A stretch of DNA of 47,790 nucleotides from a virus, in the IMG/VR virus record IMGVR_UViG_3300045988_092571, positions 1 through 47,790 of that record. One strand, given 5' to 3'. Positions 44,652 to 47,790 of this stretch are shown here, piece after piece. The stretch's first letter is position 1, and every line of letters begins with the position of its first letter. A program made the position numbers and the translations under genes. The notes beneath the pieces are model-generated. The model did not search any database. It saw only the letters and a program-made list of their open reading frames with translations, and was not told the origin of the DNA.

Positions 44652-44680
44652 AGTATAGCATAAAACAACTTAAAAATCAA
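44652..44680 (-). promoter_or_regulatory. Sigma-A-type promoter of sRNA unit 1
   Basis: Minus strand: TTGATT (44680..44675), 17 nt, TATACT (44657..44652), preceded by TGc. Begins 4 nt after the tRNA CCA end. Confidence 0.65.
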
Positions 44681-44683
44681 TAT

Positions 44684-44760
44684 TGGAGCACCATACCCGA
44701 ATTGCACGAGTGTCTATTTGATTTGCAGTCAAATCGGCTTCGCTTCTTGCCTAATGGTGC
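44684..44760 (-). tRNA. tRNA-Cys(GCA): tRNA-Cys(GCA)-like gene with encoded CCA and non-canonical D and T loops
   Basis: Minus strand: GCACCAT-TA-GGCAAGAAGCGAAGCC-GA-TTTGA-CTGCAAA-TCAAA-TAGAC-ACTCG-TGCAATT-CGGGT-ATGGTGC-T-CCA. Perfect 7-bp acceptor stem. 5-bp anticodon stem with loop CU-GCA-AA. 5-bp T stem. Discriminator U73 and an A13.A22 mismatch, as known for tRNA-Cys. The D loop lacks GG and the T loop is UGCAAUU instead of UUCRANY. Confidence 0.65.
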
Positions 44761-44787
44761 ATATTTAAGGGAATTACTCCCTTATAA

Positions 44788-45144
44788 TTATTTTACAATC
44801 CAAACATATTCTGCTTCTCTTTCCGTACAATCAAATGTATCATAGATATTACCATATTTTGAGCAAGTTATATGCCCTATCATAGTTATCAATAATACAT
44901 TATCTGGGTATAAACTAGAAATGTAGCCAACTGTTCCTTTTGTATAAGGCAATCTGTCATAACGTCTGTCTAAATAGTCTATAATAAACTCCCTGTCGTC
45001 CATCATAGTACCTTGAGCTTGTGCTATATCACTTAATTTTTCATATACATAATCCCAACTTTTACCAGTTGCACATGAAATAGCCCTTATAGTACAGTCT
45101 GAAATGTTTTTGCCCCTTACATTTGCATTATAATATTTATACAT
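44788..45144 (-). CDS. Hypothetical protein with papain-like Cys/His arrangement (possible cysteine peptidase fold)
   Basis: 118 aa. N-terminal NISDCTIRAIS motif, later MIGHITC and D residues. The family resemblance is from memory only. Confidence 0.35.
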   Translation of the reverse strand: MYKYYNANVRGKNISDCTIRAISCATGKSWDYVYEKLSDIAQAQGTMMDDREFIIDYLDRRYDRLPYTKGTVGYISSLYPDNVLLITMIGHITCSKYGNIYDTFDCTEREAEYVWIVK

Positions 45145-45659
45145 TACATTTGACTCATTTCATGAACAGTACGTTCTAATAGTTTTTCTTCTTCTGGAGT
45201 GGAAGCATTCTCCCTTAGGAACTTAGTATATTCTTTTAGAGACTTAAGCATCAACTTATAGCTTTCCATAGTATCCTGGTCAGCACCATACATTTCTTTT
45301 CCTTCTGAATAGTTACCATAATGATAGCTCATCTCATCAAGCATATCTTCTCCACGATAGCCTCGTCCTGTTCCTGGGACACCACGTCTACCGTATGCGT
45401 CTCCTTCCATGTATCTGCCTCTAGAGTCTCTTCTACGACGACCGTATCTGTCATCTCCATACATATATCTCATATTGTCCTCCTTTTCTTTCCAATACTC
45501 TTCATTTTCAATATCTTTATGAATATCAATCATTTTATACAGAGTTGTAATATCTTCACTTTTTATTCCTTTATCAAGAATGTCTTTCATCATTCTTTCC
45601 ATTTCTTCTTTTAAGCGATGTACTACAGGTTTTTCTTCCTTTTCATTCATACTTATCAC
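45144..45659 (-). CDS. Hypothetical Arg/Gly/Tyr-rich protein
   Basis: 171 aa. Central RYGRRRRDSRGRYMEGDAYGRRGVPGTGRGYRGED low-complexity tract between helical acidic ends. Confidence 0.5.
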   Translation of the reverse strand: MISMNEKEEKPVVHRLKEEMERMMKDILDKGIKSEDITTLYKMIDIHKDIENEEYWKEKEDNMRYMYGDDRYGRRRRDSRGRYMEGDAYGRRGVPGTGRGYRGEDMLDEMSYHYGNYSEGKEMYGADQDTMESYKLMLKSLKEYTKFLRENASTPEEEKLLERTVHEMSQM

Positions 45660-46118
45660 CTACGATTTCTTTGTAATTGAAATGTTTGCGTTTTGAATTA
45701 CTGGAACTTCTGTAACTGTTGTCGTTCCTGGTGTAGTAGCACCTGTTAAAATACTAGGCACTGCTTGTACTGTTAATGTAGTGTTACCATTACAACATAC
45801 ACGAAGTTTCTTGTCGAATGATACATTTACATAGTCCCCTGTTGTTGTGATTTGTGCAATTACTGTCGTTCCAGGTACTAATACACCGTCTTGATAAAGT
45901 CCTAAAGCGACTGCTCCTGCAACTGATGATGTAACATTAGCATTGAATGAAACTTCATATATTCCACCACACAATATTTTGTATAGAGGAGAACCTTCAT
46001 TATGTTGTAACCAATTACAACAATTAGCACTTCTCGTTCTTAAATCGTCAACACTAAATGATACTGGAGCAGAATTGCTAGTTAATGCTGTGATAGGCTC
46101 TAAAACACTTTGTATCAT
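45660..46118 (-). CDS. Hypothetical beta-rich protein with CC pairs (TNF/C1q- or BclA-C-terminal-like pattern)
   Basis: 152 aa. ...GGIYEVSFNANVTSS..GAVALGLYQDGVLVPGT... resembles jelly-roll C1q/BclA-CTD strands. Cys pairs NCC and VCC. Confidence 0.4.
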   Translation of the reverse strand: MIQSVLEPITALTSNSAPVSFSVDDLRTRSANCCNWLQHNEGSPLYKILCGGIYEVSFNANVTSSVAGAVALGLYQDGVLVPGTTVIAQITTTGDYVNVSFDKKLRVCCNGNTTLTVQAVPSILTGATTPGTTTVTEVPVIQNANISITKKS

Positions 46119-46133
46119 ATTATCAATCCTTTC

Positions 46134-46168
46134 TTATAAAAAATAAGAGATAGGGCTTGCCTATCTCT
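46134..46168 (-). terminator. Intrinsic terminator between the 262-aa and 152-aa genes
   Basis: 9-bp stem AGAGATAGG/CCTATCTCT (46146..46154/46160..46168) with a 5-nt loop, followed on the minus strand by TATTTTTTAT, only ~17 nt before the next start codon. Confidence 0.65.
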
Positions 46169-46172
46169 GTTT

Positions 46173-46188
46173 AGGACATATATGTCCT
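46173..46188. repeat. Perfect 16-bp palindrome AGGACATATATGTCCT
   Basis: Self-complementary, immediately upstream (in the minus sense) of the terminator hairpin. Confidence 0.8.
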
Positions 46189-46231
46189 TAGCAAGTCCCT
46201 GTAATTAGGTTAGTCTATTAGACCAATGCTA

Positions 46232-47020
46232 TTAAATTACTGTTCCATTACAACCGCACGTGCTATAGCAACAGTTCGGGTTTGGAACAACGTATGCTGG
46301 GCTTGGGCATGGTTTTAACTGATTAATCAAGTACGTATTTTGTGCTTCTTGACTTGCTCTTAAACGTAGAGCATTGATTTCATTTTGTTGTGCTGCAATT
46401 TGTGCGTTCTTATCTTCAATACGGTTAGCAAGAATTTCATCATGCAATGCACGATAATTTGCGTTCTGATTGTCGATGATGTCTCTAGTGTTGTTACATA
46501 ATGTTTGTTGAATAGCATTTGTATTCATAGCCATATTGTAATTAATTCCGTCGAGACCACGTTGTGTTTGGCAGCAGCAATCAGAAATTTGTTGACGAAT
46601 ATCACAGCAACAATTTGCTAACTGACTAGATAATCCTTGAACCCCTAAACGAGTTTCATAGCCATTTGTAGTGATTGCTTGATTAATACCACTGAAACCT
46701 TGGCATAGTGTCTGTTGCGTTGCTGCAAAACCATTTGTCATAGTGTTGTTTAGTGCAAAAGTGCTATCACAAATACCATTTGAAATCGTATCTAGTTTTC
46801 TATCAACCTGTGCGAAATCACTAGCTAAAACATATCCGTCTGCAACTCCACCAGAGTTTCCGCCGAAGCCACCGCCAAATCCGTTTCTTCCAAATCCAAA
46901 GATTAAGAATAGAATTATAATCCAAGCATAGTCATTACCCCAGCCATTGTTATATCTTCCATTACCAGCATTACCTGACAATACTGCCACATCTGCTGGA
47001 GAAAGAACACCTTCGTTCAT
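46232..47020 (-). CDS. Membrane-anchored Gly-rich, cysteine-cluster protein (hypothetical)
   Basis: 262 aa. TM segment YAWIIILFLIFGF, then GFGGGFGGNSGG. Two CCC triplets (NCCCDIRQQISDCCCQ). C-terminal PCPSP...NCCYSTCGCNG. Gln/Asn-rich coiled coil. Confidence 0.55.
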   Translation of the reverse strand: MNEGVLSPADVAVLSGNAGNGRYNNGWGNDYAWIIILFLIFGFGRNGFGGGFGGNSGGVADGYVLASDFAQVDRKLDTISNGICDSTFALNNTMTNGFAATQQTLCQGFSGINQAITTNGYETRLGVQGLSSQLANCCCDIRQQISDCCCQTQRGLDGINYNMAMNTNAIQQTLCNNTRDIIDNQNANYRALHDEILANRIEDKNAQIAAQQNEINALRLRASQEAQNTYLINQLKPCPSPAYVVPNPNCCYSTCGCNGTVI

Positions 47021-47073
47021 ATTGTTTCCTCCTTATAAATTATCTATATCAAGCTACCTAGGTTAGCTGATAC

Positions 47074-47298
47074 CTATTTAAAATTGTTCATAAACTCAGA
47101 AAATTCCTCGTCAAAATTTCTTCCTTTTTCTTTAAAAAGATTTCTAGCGAAATTTTCTAGTCCTTTTGTATCTCCTTTATTAGCCATATCTATTAGGTTT
47201 CCCATAACAGGATTATTAGAACTAATAGACTTTTTAATTAAATCTGGGATATTTCCTCCCTTACTTATAAATGTTTTTAAAGGTTCTAAATTATTCAT
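47074..47298 (-). CDS. Small helical hypothetical protein
   Basis: 74 aa. Overlaps the stop of the upstream gene. Confidence 0.45.
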   Translation of the reverse strand: MNNLEPLKTFISKGGNIPDLIKKSISSNNPVMGNLIDMANKGDTKGLENFARNLFKEKGRNFDEEFSEFMNNFK

Positions 47299-47300
47299 AA

Positions 47301-47699
47301 TTAATCTCCTTTAGCATTTAAAGTATCTGTGATACTTTTAAGGTTGTCTTTTAGTTTTTGAATGTCATCTTCAATACGTGACAAATCGTCACTTGTTAAA
47401 TACTTTGTAACATGACTTCCTTCTGTTGTAGGTTTATATACAACGGTTTTACTTGTTCCATCATTCTGTAGTTGTTTTGTAACAATGGCACTTCCATCAG
47501 TTAATGGAAAATAACTAATACTTCCATCTAAAGGAATATCCATTGCTCGAACTACATCAATACTGTCTACTGACTTTCCCAAAAGTCCTGCCGGTTTTGT
47601 GAAATTGTTCGTATTATATTGAGGATATTGTGGCTCCATAGGTTGTGTTCTCTGTATCTGTGGTTGCATATAATAAGGTTGATTATAATTTCCAAACAT
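47301..47699 (-). CDS. Hypothetical protein with Gln/Pro/Tyr-rich N-terminus
   Basis: 132 aa. MFGNYNQPYYMQPQIQRTQPMEPQYPQYN low-complexity head, a globular core (DIPLDGSISYFPLTDGSAIV) and a C-terminal coiled coil. RBS AAGGAGA. Its start lies in the terminal repeat. Confidence 0.55.
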   Translation of the reverse strand: MFGNYNQPYYMQPQIQRTQPMEPQYPQYNTNNFTKPAGLLGKSVDSIDVVRAMDIPLDGSISYFPLTDGSAIVTKQLQNDGTSKTVVYKPTTEGSHVTKYLTSDDLSRIEDDIQKLKDNLKSITDTLNAKGD

Positions 47700-47790
47700 A
47701 CTTATTCTCCTTCTAATTGGTTATTTACACCTAAAGTATAACGAGGATAATTACTTCATTATTGATTGAAAATTGACCAAAAAAAAAAAG
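47672..47790. repeat. Terminal direct repeat, copy 2 (identical to 1..119)
   Basis: Same comparison as copy 1. Confidence 0.95.

Noticed and set aside
1-47790. CRISPR arrays, diversity-generating retroelement, integrase/repressor lysogeny module, transposase/IS elements, alternative genetic code
   Set aside because: There are no regularly spaced repeats. I saw no reverse-transcriptase, integrase, CI/Cro-like pair or transposase motifs in any of the supplied translations. Long ORFs are intact with the standard code, so stop-codon reassignment is not needed.

Overview
The window is one complete, circularly closed tailed-phage genome. Bases 1-119 are identical to 47672-47790, giving a unit length of 47,671 bp, so the window ends are an arbitrary cut inside an intergenic region. 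The sequence is AT-rich. GGAGG-type RBSs, TTGACA-17-TATAAT promoters, an M23+SH3b-like endolysin and an AbrB-type regulator suggest a low-GC Firmicutes host (inference).

Layout:
- Plus-strand early/DNA-metabolism block (18.0-39.1 kb): SNF2 helicase, a YqaJ exonuclease/DUF1351-like/Erf recombination module, two SSB-like proteins, a Toprim primase fused to an MCM-like AAA+ helicase, a family-A DNA polymerase, a PAPS-reductase-like protein, an orphan DNA methyltransferase, a MazG-like protein and a VRR-NUC nuclease.
- Minus-strand block, first part (17.4 down to 0.1 kb): small Zn-ribbon/HNH genes, an intron-split large terminase, portal, scaffold, major capsid, tail/fibre genes, endolysin, holin and a sigma-region-4-like regulator.
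- Minus-strand block, continuing through the window ends (47.7 down to 39.1 kb): a six-gene Cys/Gly/Arg-rich accessory module, a tRNA-Cys-like gene, three ORF-free promoter-terminator mini-units, and a 358-aa + 1316-aa operon.

I recognised no integrase, repressor, tail tube, sheath or tape-measure gene, so this is probably a virulent podovirus-like phage.

Best candidates for something new:
1. The array of three small promoter/terminator-bounded non-coding units next to a non-canonical tRNA-Cys (44.2-44.8 kb).
2. The adjacent cysteine-cluster / spore-surface-like protein module (44.8-47.7 kb).
3. A group I intron with an HNH homing endonuclease that splits the terminase Walker-A motif.
4. The Toprim-MCM-like replicase fusion.

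All functional calls come from motifs read by eye in the supplied translations. No database search was run.
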